A DNA stretch of 37,306 bases from Macrostomum lignano (lineage: Eukaryota). Positions 20,882 through 32,188 of this stretch are shown piece by piece (within the stretch, counting starts at the first letter, position 1; every line of letters starts with the position of its first letter). The notes under the pieces are model-generated. The model was not told the origin of the DNA. It was given only the letters and a program-made list of their open reading frames with translations, and did not search any database. The position numbers and the translations under genes were made by a program. The DNA lies in NCBI GenBank assembly GCA_002269645.1, contig NIVC01004712.1:1-37306 (forward strand), written 5' to 3'.

Positions 20882-23800
20882 GTGAGTACGAACTCAAATC
20901 CTGCTTGTTGATGTCTCTCATAGCTCAGAGCTTAAGCGAGATCCCCACTGTTCAAGACAAGTCAGGACAAAAAATTTCCTATGAGAAGTTTCTTGAAAGC
21001 TGACCTTTCAGATAGTCTGCAAGCTTCTATAGCTGTCCGGGATGGCAGCAAGTTCAAGATTTTCTCAAGTCAAGATTGCAAAGAATTTTGTTAGAAATCG
21101 GTCACTCTGGCAGGCAGACGGATTGCAACAGTCTGGAATCGCTCCAAAACTGAACCATTTCAAATACTTTGCTTCCAAACTGAGCCGGGCGCGAGCTCTG
21201 TCCGCATTCGGGACTGCCAATTCCAATTAGGCCAGCCGTAGACTGGCAGCGGGGGTCCAAGGGGCTCCGACTAATTTGCTTTACGAGCCCTGCGGGTGCC
21301 ATGCGGCCGTGCGGCGCTGCCGGCGGTCAATGGGCTGATGAATGACAGTGCGGCTCAGAACTGGGATTGCTGCAGCCCTGCCCTCCTCCTGCAGCATTCG
21401 ATCCCGATCGTTAGAAGCTCCACACAGCTGCTGTAAGAGAAAAGGCGATGAAGAGATTGGGTGTTTAGGTTTGAAACACAGGCGATCTGCGGCAGCAGTG
21501 CAGAATGCACTATTGCCGGTGCACTGGGTTTCTCCTATTGCGGCTGCATGCAACTCCGCTGTACAGTGTCGACAGATCCAAACAGAACTCCTTTAGCGCG
21601 AACAGATGAATGTTATAAGTCTTCCATAGGTTTGATTCAATACAACAGCATGCTAATGACCTTCCTTGAACCCCGGGCTGAAGTGTCCCAGACGGGCTAC
21701 CACGAGCGGCGCCTGCTCTACTACCTGTTCCACCCGAACAACCGCAGCAGCGCCCTGCAGGTGCACAACCCGGTTGAGCGCCCGGTGAGAAACGACTCAG
21801 GCGTCCTCTATGTCTGGTTCAAGGTCTCGCTACAGCAAATTATCGATGTGGTGAGCTGTGAAAGTTGTTGACGGTAAGGTAAACTATCATCAAATTATTA
21901 ATCCAATTTCCATAAAATTTTAGGATGAGAAAAATCAGATCCTATTTGCCAACATTTGGCTTGACCTGGTAAGTCGGAGACGTCGCTTTTTGCAACCAAC
22001 CATTGTTACTTTATGCCTATGTGTCCAGCTGCAAAATTTCAATTTTGACTGCAAACTAAAAGACGGAATACATATACACGCTAATGCATTTCAATGCGAA
22101 ATTCACACCGCCTACACAAACTACACGATTCGCCAGTGTCTTAACGTAAACTTTTACTGGTCCTTACTTAAGCAACGCAAGAAGGGCCACTGAGAACACT
22201 CGGGTAGCTTATGTAAACCTTGCCGATCAGTCTGTTGGCTGTCAGATCTGTTAAATTCAAATTTTCAGGAAGCATGTTGGCTGTGTGCAGCTTATAGTCG
22301 ACCAATAATACACTCGTAGCCAGCGGGGAGGCACTTAGACTCACCCTCAGCACTCACTAGGATACGTACGAGTCGAACTACCCAGAATCGAACCCCGGAT
22401 CCGGAGCACCGCTCTGACGCCAACAAACAAAAGCCAGTTTATCTGGGCACAAGTTTTGCTATCAAAATCAGAGACCTTGACCTCACATCCGCTTGTTGCA
22501 CTTGCAGACTTGGAACGACTATCATTTCGTGTGGGACCCGAAGGACTTTGGTGACATCACAAAAATCAACATCGACCCTCGCAAAGTGTGGCGGCCGGAT
22601 ATCCTGCTGTACAACAGGTCAGTGGATTTGCGAGGGAGGCGTTTCAATGCAAACTGGAGTTTTTCGGTTCATTCCAGGTTCAAGGAGGTCATGAATAAAA
22701 CTACCAAAAACCGCATAGAAAGCACTAAGGAACCAAATCAATGATCAACCTTGTATATGCAAATTTTTGCGACACCGTATAAAGGCCGATTCACATTGCC
22801 ACTAATAGCTGGCTCCGCGGGTCAGATTGCTCAAATCGAGTACAGTTTGTTCGCACCCGTTTAAAAATTGATTTGAGCCATCTTTGGCCAAATCAAAAGC
22901 CAAAAGGGATTGTTGCCTAGTGGTTAGAGCGTCGGACTCACGACTTGAAGTTCGGGGGTTCGATTCTCGATCCTACTGGAACGATTCGTGTCCAAGGACC
23001 ACTAGAATTTACCATGCCAGTGTTGCGTCCTGATACAACGGTAACTTCTAGTGGTCCTTGTTCGTGTCCTTGAGCAAGACACTTAACTCTGCATTGCTTC
23101 AGTTCACCCAGCTGTAAAATTGGTGCCAGCATTAGCTGGGGTAATTAAGGGTGTGTGGCGAACCCCCCCCCCAGTCCTTGGACTGAACAGCCGTACGCAG
23201 CCTGTATTCAGCGTACTCAGCCTGTATTCAGCGTACTCAGCCTGTCGGTTGCACATCTGGCCCTAATTGGGGCGCGTGTAATCAATTATATTATTATCAT
23301 TAAGAGCATCGTGCGCATCGAACGGGTAACGCAACGTAAATAACTGGCACAACATAATGCCACCCTGGTCCTCACAACTGACTCATCACGCTAGCGATTA
23401 ATCAATAAAGGTTTCGAGCTGCGTCAGGAACTCTCGAAAACTTCACCCAAAAACTGCCCGCGCCCCTCGCCCCACAGCGCGGACGAAAAATTCGATGGCA
23501 CCTACCCGACAAACGTGGTGATTGAGCACACAGGCAACATGAACTTCATCCCGCCGGGCATGTTTCGCTCCACCTGCAAGATCGACACCACCTGGTTCCC
23601 GTTCGACACTCAGATCTGCAAGCTGAAGTTCGGCTCCTGGTCCTACGACGGCGGCACGCTGGACCTGCGGCTCAAGTGCTCCAACGAATCGCTGGACACC
23701 ACGGAGAAGCGGCTCAGCGACCCCCAGCGCTGCTCGGAGGTCGGCCAGGCTGATCTGGAGACCTACATCACCAGCGGCGAGTGGAGCCTGGAAGGCAAGA

Positions 23801-26745
23801 GAACGAAATTTTCTTTAGATAAATCAGACTTTATACGCAGTTTCTCTACTTCCAGTAGCAACTTGGCGCAGTAGACTCGTGCTTTGCTTGGCGACTTGAC
23901 GTTGCTCCTTTACACTCCTTGTATAATTGATTTGTCCTGTTAACTATCCCACTGGCTCACAGTGAATAAATATAAAATTTACAACGCCAAGAGACCGACT
24001 ATTTTGTCTTTGCTAACACCATTACAGCACCACTGTAAATAAAAGCACTGCCAGTATAAGCATATTAATAGTAGGATGTTGCAATACGAGCTAATGATAC
24101 AATAGTGCATTATATCGATCGCAGCATCTTGTCCCGAGTGCCAGAGCCAATTATTCCCACCCGGGTCTCATTTGCTTTAACCCCCCCCCCTTAACTCTCC
24201 GCTCCGCCAGGCGTCCCCGGCGTGCGCACGGCCGCCAAATACGACTGCTGTCCCTACCCGTTCATCGACCTGAGCTACTTCATCCGGATCCGCAGGCGGA
24301 CTCTGTACTACGGGATCAACCTCATCATCCCCTGCGTGCTCATCTCAACTATGTCGCTGCTCACCTTCCTGCTGCCGCCGGATGCTGGCGAGAAAATCTC
24401 TTTGGGTGCGTGTCCTGGGTAGCCGGCCGAACCGGCTGTGAAGCTACAGGTAGAATTGTCCCGAGACCCCGGTGTCCGGTACCCGGTAACCAAAAAATAG
24501 CGCCGGGAACAGGAAACTGGTTATCCCCAGAGACCTGGTCTTAGTCGAAATACCAGTCTAGCAAATGCGGCACACCTAACACTGTTTCAAATGCCGGCGT
24601 GATGATCGGGCTGTCACGCACAACACTGTTCCACTTGCAGGCGTGATGATCATGCTGTCACGCAACACTGTTCCACTTGCAGGCGTGATGATCATGCTGT
24701 CACGCAACACTGTTCCACTTGCAGGCGTGATGATCATGCTGTCACGCAACACTGTTCCACTTGCAGGCGTGATGATCATGCTGTCACGCAACACTGTTCC
24801 ACTTGCAGGCGTGATGATCATGCTGTCACACACAGTGATGATCATGCTGTCACACAACACTGTTCCAATTGCAGGCGTGATGTTCATGCTGTCACACACA
24901 GTGATGATCATGCTGTCACGCAACACTGTTCCAATTGCAGGCGTGATGATCATGCTGTCACGCACAACACTGTTCCAATTGCAGGCGTGATGATCATGCT
25001 GTCACGCACAACATTGTTTCAAATGCAGGCGTGATGATCATGCTGTCACACACTGTTCCAATTGCAGGCGTGATGATCATGCTGTCGCTGTCCATGTTTC
25101 AACTGCTGGTGGCCGACTCCATGCCCAAGACGTCCGAGGCGGTGCCCCTGATCGGTGAGTCTCGTTCTGTGGTAGCAGCAGTGGAAAGAGTTTATACATT
25201 TCATAGTTCTAGAAGAGCATCTACACCTGCTTCAAGGTGGTCAGGTGTGCAGCAACAGCACTGCCGCTGCAAAAGGCTTGTACATTGCTTTGACTGCGTG
25301 AAGGTCGCAGCTCACCCCTGTGCATGTACATGCATTTCTATCCAATCACAGCAGCGTGAGCTGGAGCTCATGACTCAACCAGCTTATTAAGCTGCGTACT
25401 AACCGGGACCATCTTTTCTTAACTTTGCGAATGCGCTGACCCACTGGGCTAGGAGGCTCTCAAATTTCTGGTCATAATTATTGAAATGGTAACAATTTTA
25501 ATACAGTAACGTCTATGTCAGGAGTCAATTTTTGCATTGCAGTGATGTACTTCACCTGCACGATGGTCATGTGCAGCCTGTCCGTGGTGTTCACCGTCAT
25601 CGTGCTCAACTATCACCACCGGGACGCTGAGTCGCATCCTGTGCCGCGATGGGTGAGGCTAACTGGCTTGATAATTCAATATTCAATTCTGAGTTTGCAG
25701 GTGTCAGCTTCCAGGTGTCAGCTTCCAGGTGTCAGCTTCCAGGTGTCAGCTTCCAGGTGTCAGCTTCCAGGTGTCAGCTTCCAGGTGTCAGCTTCCAGGT
25801 GTCAGCTTCCAGGTGTCAGCTTCCAGGTGTCAGCTTCCAGGTGTCAGCTTCCAGGTGTCAGCTTCCAGGTGTCAGCTTCCAGGTGTCAGCTTCCAGGTGT
25901 CAGCTTCCAGGTGTCAGCTTCCAGGTGTCAGCTTCCAGGTGTCAGCTTCCAGGTGTCAGTTTCCAGGCATTCCATCTGGACCTTGGTTTCAGCTCCCAGT
26001 GTTCCATCTTGAACTTGGTTTCAGCTCCCAGGTGTCCCATCCAGACCTTGGTTTCAGCTCCCAGGTGTTCCATCTGGACTTTGGTTTCAGCTCCCAGGTG
26101 TCACATTCTCAGTGGCGTGACAAAAGGTCTGGTTCACTGACTCAGAGCTCAAGTTCCATCAGAGCAACTTCTGTAGAAATTCAATTTCTACACAAAAATT
26201 CACCATCTAAAATCCTCCAGGTGAAGAAGTTCATCTGCACTTACCTGGCGAACATCCTGTGCATGAAGAACCACCGCCAGGAAGAGGCCGAGCAGGAGTT
26301 CATCCGGCTGAGGCGCCCGAAGAACTTTGCCGCCGCCGCGGCCGCCGCGTCAGCCGCCGCCTCGCACCGTGGCGCGTCGTTCCGCGATACCGCCGGAGCG
26401 GCGGGGCTGCCGCAGCGACACTCCAAGTCCCTGCTGGCCAACGTGCTCGATTTGGAAAACGGCGTCCAGACGGTCAGCGGCGGTGTCGAGGGCGGTTGCG
26501 GCGTAGGTGGAGGCGGAGGCGGTGGCGGTGGCGGCGGCAACCCCAACGGTCTGTCGGTGGTGCTGGACGAGCTGCGCATCGTCACGCGGAAGATCGCCGA
26601 CGACACGACGGCGTCGGATATTAGCAGCGACTGGAAATTCGCGGCTCGTGTGGTGGACCGGCTCTGTCTGATCGTCTTCTCCTGCTTCACCGTCATCTCC
26701 ACCTGCTCCATCCTGTTCTCAGCGCCCGACGTCTACAAAGGCTGA
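20827..26745 (+). CDS. CHRNA7-like: Nicotinic acetylcholine receptor alpha subunit, alpha7-like, predicted cation-selective; 9 exons, 536 aa: join(20827..20881,21684..21850,21924..21968,22508..22617,23478..23794,24211..24405,25068..25154,25543..25652,26221..26745)
   Basis: Exon phases join into a 1611-nt ORF. It has a signal peptide, NPVERPV, loop D NIWL, loop [10 protein letters not shown], Cys-loop [15 protein letters not shown], loop B WSY, loop C YDCC, M1, GEKISLG, M2, M3 (LNYHHR), [10 protein letters not shown], and [13 protein letters not shown] plus M4. Exon sizes 55/45/110/195/87/110 equal those recalled for vertebrate CHRNA7. Confidence 0.95.
21684..21850 (+). CDS. nAChR exon 2
   Basis: [15 protein letters not shown]...[10 protein letters not shown]...SLQQIIDV; flanked by AG and GTGAGC. 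Confidence 0.9.
21924..21968 (+). CDS. nAChR exon 3
   Basis: [15 protein letters not shown]; 45 nt; flanked by TTTAG and GTAAGT. Confidence 0.95.
22508..22617 (+). CDS. nAChR exon 4
   Basis: [11 protein letters not shown]...[10 protein letters not shown]; 110 nt. Confidence 0.95.
22906..23302 (+). mobile_element. tRNA-derived CORE-type SINE in nAChR intron 4
   Basis: A-box TTGCCTAGTGGT (about 22913) and B-box GGTTCGATTC (22957-22966). CORE-like segment GTGTCCTTGAGCAAGACACTTAACTCT...TTCAGTTCACCCAGCTGTAAAATTGG resembles the MIR/CORE domain. ATT-rich tail at about 23290-23302. Confidence 0.7.
23478..23794 (+). CDS. nAChR exon 5 (Cys-loop, loop B, loop F)
   Basis: [13 protein letters not shown]...[15 protein letters not shown]...GEWSLE; probable GC donor. 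Confidence 0.9.
24211..24405 (+). CDS. nAChR exon 6 (loop C, M1)
   Basis: [21 protein letters not shown]...[11 protein letters not shown]; 195 nt. Confidence 0.95.
24581..25086 (+). repeat. Tandem array (39-66-bp units, mostly 42 bp) of the exon-7 splice acceptor plus the first ~19 exonic nt
   Basis: TTGCAG|GCGTGATG (ATGCAG at 25029) recurs with exon starts at 24641, 24683, 24725, 24767, 24809, 24875, 24941, 24985, 25029 and 25068, plus one AG-less copy near 24597. Confidence 0.95.
25068..25154 (+). CDS. nAChR exon 7 (M2 pore helix)
   Basis: [29 protein letters not shown]; 87 nt; GTGAGT donor. Confidence 0.9.
25543..25652 (+). CDS. nAChR exon 8 (M3)
   Basis: [36 protein letters not shown]; 110 nt. 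Confidence 0.95.
25701..26105. repeat. 14-bp minisatellite (GTGTCAGCTTCCAG)x19 followed by related ~39-bp repeats, in nAChR intron 8
   Basis: Units run 25701-25966, then GGTTTCAGCTCCCAGGTGT-containing repeats continue to about 26105. Confidence 0.95.
26221..26745 (+). CDS. nAChR exon 9 (intracellular loop, MA helix, M4)
   Basis: [15 protein letters not shown]...[10 protein letters not shown]...[20 protein letters not shown]...*. Confidence 0.93.
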   Translation: MKKFICTYLANILCMKNHRQEEAEQEFIRLRRPKNFAAAAAAASAAASHRGASFRDTAGAAGLPQRHSKSLLANVLDLENGVQTVSGGVEGGCGVGGGGGGGGGGGNPNGLSVVLDELRIVTRKIADDTTASDISSDWKFAARVVDRLCLIVFSCFTVISTCSILFSAPDVYKG

Positions 26746-26811
26746 GGAAGTTCATGGGGAGGGAATCCCAGCCGGAGGCCGAATCTCAGACGGGAACATT
26801 GAAATTAGATG

Positions 26812-26985
26812 GGAGGGAAATCCCAAGGGGAATCCTAAGGAGGGAAATCCCAAGGGGAATCCTAAGGAGGGAAATCCCAAGGGGTAATCCCAAGGAGGGA
26901 AATCCCTAGGGGGAATACTAAGAAGGGAAATCCCAAGGGGGGATCCTAAGGGGAAATCCTAAGGGGAAATCCTAAGGAGGGAAGT
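26812..26985. repeat. ~27-bp degenerate repeat (GGAGGGAAATCCCAAGGGGAATCCTAA) just downstream of the nAChR stop
   Basis: About 6 copies, each made of two related 13-14-bp subunits. Confidence 0.85.
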
Positions 26986-27766
26986 CTCAATGATAGAAAT
27001 CTCATACAGAATGATTCTTGGGTCGAATTTTTCTGCGGCAGATGGCTGCCCGAATGAAAAGTTATCTTCTATTTTCTATCACGAGCTTGCTCTTGCAGCT
27101 TTTTCCAACCATCAAACAACAACGGTTGGATTCTTCACGCCACTTTTTGTCCGAAAAATTAAACACAATTTTGAATGTCAGCTCGTGTTATTCAAACAAA
27201 TAAATCCGTTGTAAAAAACTCGTAACCATGGCAACAATAAAATGCTTTAAAGCAGCTCGTTACTGAATTTCACTCCGCGTCGCCTGCGTGTTTCTGTCGG
27301 CAAGCCGCTCCTGGCTGCAGCTCTCCTGAATATTTGATGCCGGCCAGGGGGATTCTGGGGCTGTCCATCTAGAGGGGCACCGAGCCTTCGATTATTTGAG
27401 CCAACCGAATCCGGCCTTAATCCCCAAGGCTGCGGTGCTCAAACTGCGATAGTGAGCTCTGGGACTATGCGGATAACTGGGCTGCGGGATTTCAACTCAA
27501 ACAATGGCTCAGTAAGTCCCACTCCGGGAAATATCCCCTTAAAATATGAGTATAAAGTAGCAGTTATCCTCCCGACTCCATCTCTCACTCCGGGATCTCA
27601 TTTCTTTTTATCCCTTCCCGCTCTACTCAGCGATTTTCTTCATCTTTCAAAAACATTTCTGCAGTTCTCAGCGCCCGCAGCTGCAGAGCGCTGAGCCTAC
27701 TTTGAGGTGCCGCCCTGAGTGCTGAGTCCCTGCGAATAATTCCGATTATTATTCATTTGGAATGTG

Positions 27767-28287
27767 CCCTACTCTAACTGCACCCTACTCTAACTGCACC
27801 CTACTCTAACTGCACCCTACTCTAACTGCACCCTACTCTAACTGCACCCTACTCTAACTGCACCCTACTCTAACTGCACCCTACTCTAACTGCACCCTAC
27901 TCTAACTGCACCCTACTCTAACTGCACACTACTCTAACTGCACCCTACTCTAACTGCACCCTACTCTAACTGCACCCTACTCTAACTGCACCCTACTCTA
28001 ACTGCACCCTACTCTAACTGCACCCTACTCTAACTGCACCCTACTCTAACTGCACCCTACTCTAACTGCACCCTACTCTAACTGCACCCTACTCTAACTG
28101 CACCCTACTCTAACTGCACCCTACTCTAACTGCACCCTACTCTAACTGCACCCTACTCTAACTGCACCCTACTCTAACTGCACCCTACTCTAACTGCACC
28201 CTACTCTAACTGCACCCTACTCTAACTGCACCCTACTCTAACTGCACCCTACTCTAACTGCACCCTACTCTAACTGCACCCTACTCT
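27767..28287. repeat. 16-bp minisatellite (GCACCCTACTCTAACT), about 32 copies
   Basis: Near-perfect tandem array with one CACACT variant near 27927. Confidence 0.97.
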
Positions 28288-28664
28288 CCTTGCGGTATTC
28301 TCAATACCACATATCCCATAGCACTGCATCAGAAGCAAGCAGGAACTCAGATTCTGGCCTCCATCGTAAGGCCGAATTTCTCTCCCACTCAGCTGTCGCT
28401 CCGGTTTCATTTAGGCAGCTCAAATTGATTTTGCCACAGCGGAAAGTGGAATTACCTGGCACTTCAGCCCCTGCTGATTTTTCTACAAAAATAAAGCCCG
28501 AATGTCAGTCCGATTTGGCTGCGTAGTTGAGGCCAAGAGCACCTGAATGCTTTTTAGTTCCTTCCGAGCTTCTTCTTTTGAGTTACCGTCACCTTTGCAT
28601 TGTCAATAAAGATATGAAAGACGGCTGCGCTGAAATAGACTGAAATGCTGATAGATTATTATTG

Positions 28665-29339
<675 letters not shown>

Positions 29340-30121
29340 CCTTGTTGCAGCTGTAAATCTGTCCGGAATTCCAACTACTTCAATAGGCACTGTTTTATGA
29401 CTGCAGGATGGAATCTGAACCAGCTGCTTAGCGCTTCATCATATTTCATAATTTCAACAGTCCGTTTCCGAGGTCGCACTGACTCCACTCCGGTCCTGAG
29501 AAGCGTCAGAGACCAACTCGCTCCTCTGGCTAGCCTGAGCCGCCCTGAGTCTGCGCCGTTTCCCGGGAAGGAAGCCCGCAGCCGGATGCAATAAACAACT
29601 TTTGTCCCGATATCCCGCTGAGCAACAAAAATTACTGCCTATAACGCCCACTTCCTCTCCTGAAAGCGAAGGCAAAGGCAAATTCTCGTGCAGTTCAAAT
29701 CCCCCCGGCTCTGCGCTGGGTGAGTCGCGTGCCGCACAAGCCTTGAGATTCAGACCAGATATGGGAATTAGATCAGAGCGCCGGCTTACATGCATAGCTT
29801 GTTTGGAAGATACGGGATAATTGGCGCTGGCCTTGAAGCTTTCAGCATTGCATGACGGTGCGACAATAAGGTAGAATGAATTCGGCATTGAATGCGACAA
29901 GAAATTGCCAGGTTAAGCCTGCGATACGCGACTTGCCTGCGGCTCTCTGCGTTCTGGGCTTGTGTGAGCTCACTTGACCTGAGCGGAGTCAAGAGTGAGA
30001 ATCACCGCATCGTGAGAGTTCAAGTCAGATTCACAACATGAGACCTGCAGCCTGATAGTCCCAGCAACAGAGAGTCACAGTGTGAGAACCACAGGGGTAG
30101 AGGCCCAGCAGCAGAGAGCTA

Positions 30122-30976
30122 GCATGAGAGTCAGTGTGAGGGTCAGTGTGAGAGTCAGTGGGAGAGTCAGTGTGAGAGTCAGTGTGAGAGTCAGTGTGAG
30201 AGTCAGTGGGAGAGTCAGTGTGAGAGTCAGTGTGAGAATCAGTATGAGAGTCAGTGTGAGAGTCAGTGGGAGAGTCAGTGTGAGAGTCAGTGTGAGAGTC
30301 CGTGCTAGAGCCAGTGTGAGAGTCAGTGTGAGAATCAGTGTGAGAGTCAGTGTGAGAGTCAGTGTGAGAGTCAGTGTGAGAGTCAGTGTGAGAGTCAGTG
30401 TGAGAGTCCGTGCGAGAGCCAGTGTGAGAGTCAGTGTGAGAATCAGTGTGAGAGTCAGTGTGAGAGTCAGTGTGAGAGTCCGTGCGAGAGCCAGTGTGAG
30501 AGTCAGTGTGAGAGTCCGTGCAAGAGCCAGTGAGAGAGTCAGTGTGAGAATCAGTGTGAGAGTCAGTGTGAGAGTCAGTGCGAGAGCCAGTATGAGAGTC
30601 AGTGTGAGAGTCAGTGTGAGAGTCAGTGTGAGAGTCAGTGTGAGAGTCCGTGCGAGAGCCAGTGTGAGAGTCAGTGTGAGAATCAGTGTGAGAGTCAGTG
30701 TGAGAGTCAGTGTGAGAGTCCGTGCGAGAGCCAGTGTGAGAGTCAGTGTGAGAGTCCGTGCAAGAGCCAGTGAGAGAGTCAGTGTGAGAATCAGTGTGAG
30801 AGTCAGTGTGAGAGTCAGTGCGAGAGCCAGTATGAAAGTCAGTGTGAGAGTCCGTGCGAGAGCCAGTGAGAGAGTCAGTGTGAGAATCAGTGTGAGAGTC
30901 AGTGTGAGAGTCAGTGCGAGAGCCAGTATGAGAGTCAGTGTGAGAGTCCGTGCGAGAGCCAGTGAGAGAGTCAGCG
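30122..30976. repeat. 12-bp minisatellite (AGTGTGAGAGTC) with a 240-bp higher-order duplication
   Basis: Lines starting 30421/30661, 30481/30721 and 30541/30781 are essentially identical. The 299-aa ORF here is a repeat artefact. Confidence 0.95.
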
Positions 30977-31720
30977 TGTAAGTGAATACTGGCTTGCGCG
31001 GCTCGGAGACAGGGATATTTTTATTAACTCATCCCCTGCCCTCAGATCGAAGGGCGAGCGGACGGGAGCGTGTGAGAGGTGCAAAAAATATTGGGAAAAT
31101 TTCCCCAGTTATCACGTTTTCTTTTTCCACTTTGCTTGGCTCTCGCGTTGCTGCATTCTTTCTTAGCTAGAAATTTTTGCTTAGCGACAAACGAATTGTT
31201 GCTATGGACTGCCAGGCCGCTGGGACGGAACTGCAGCTATTAGTGAATTTTCATGAAATTTCTGGGGATCAATAGATGCAGATGGCAATGTGCCAATGCT
31301 AATTTCAAGGTCACGACAAAATGCAGTCGTTTTTAGGTTCGTCAGGACTTTTGCAGCAGCGTCCCTGCATCACGTGATCTGGCAGCTCGGTACCGCGAAC
31401 TCGCCTGATCCTGGCTGTCTCGACTGTACCCTCTTAATCCTGTTTGATCCACCTCCGCACTCTGATCTCGCCTTCCGGTCTCCTCTCTCTCTCATTCCTA
31501 TCTCATCTCTACATCCTGATCTCATCTCTACATTCTGATCTTACTTATACATTCTGATCTCACCTCGCTCTCATTCCAATCTAATCTCTACATTCTGATT
31601 TCATGTACACTCTACATTCTGATCTTACATCTAATTTCTGATCTCCCCTCTTCCTCATCTTAATCTCATCACTCCCTTATTATGCTCTCTTCTCCCTTTG
31701 ATCTCATATCATCTCTTTGC

Positions 31721-32188
31721 TGATCACATTGCTCCCATTCTGATCACCTTGCTTCTATTCTAATCACATTGCTTCCACACTGATCACATTGCTTCCATGC
31801 TGATCACATTGCTCCCATTCTGATCACCTTGCTTCTATTCTAATCACATTGCTTCCACACTGATCACATTGCTTCCATGCTGATCACATTGCTTCCATTC
31901 TGATCACATTGCTTCCATTCTGATCACATTGCTTCCATACTGATCACTTTGCTTCTCATGCTGATCACATTGCTTCTCATGCTGATCACATTGCTTCTCA
32001 TGCTGATCACATTGCTTCTCATGCTGATCACATTGCTTCTCATACTGATCACATTGCTTCTCATACTGATCACATTGCTTCTCATACTGATCACATTGCT
32101 TCTCATACTGATCACATTGCTTCCATGCTGATCACATTGCTTCTCATGCTGATCACATTGCTTCTCATGCAAATCACATTGCTTCTCT
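31721..32188. repeat. 20/21-bp minisatellite (TGATCACATTGCTTCTCATGC)
   Basis: Directly visible; 80-bp higher-order duplication at its left end. Confidence 0.95.

Noticed and set aside
22370-22425. B-box-like GGTTCGATTC on the - strand; also an A-box-like GGCTCAGTGG near 3800 and a decayed B-box near 6380
   Set aside because: Each is a single box with no properly spaced partner or SINE body that I could confirm.
22906-22975. Functional tRNA gene
   Set aside because: A and B boxes are present but there is no convincing acceptor stem, and it continues into a CORE domain and tail, so it is a SINE head.
25729-26220. N-terminal part of the 338-aa ORF as nAChR coding sequence
   Set aside because: It is read-through from the intronic 14-bp array; homology begins only at the acceptor before 26221.
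31721-32188. Shared ATCACATTG between the 26-bp array and the 21-bp array
   Set aside because: A 9-bp match with otherwise unrelated units is plausible by chance.
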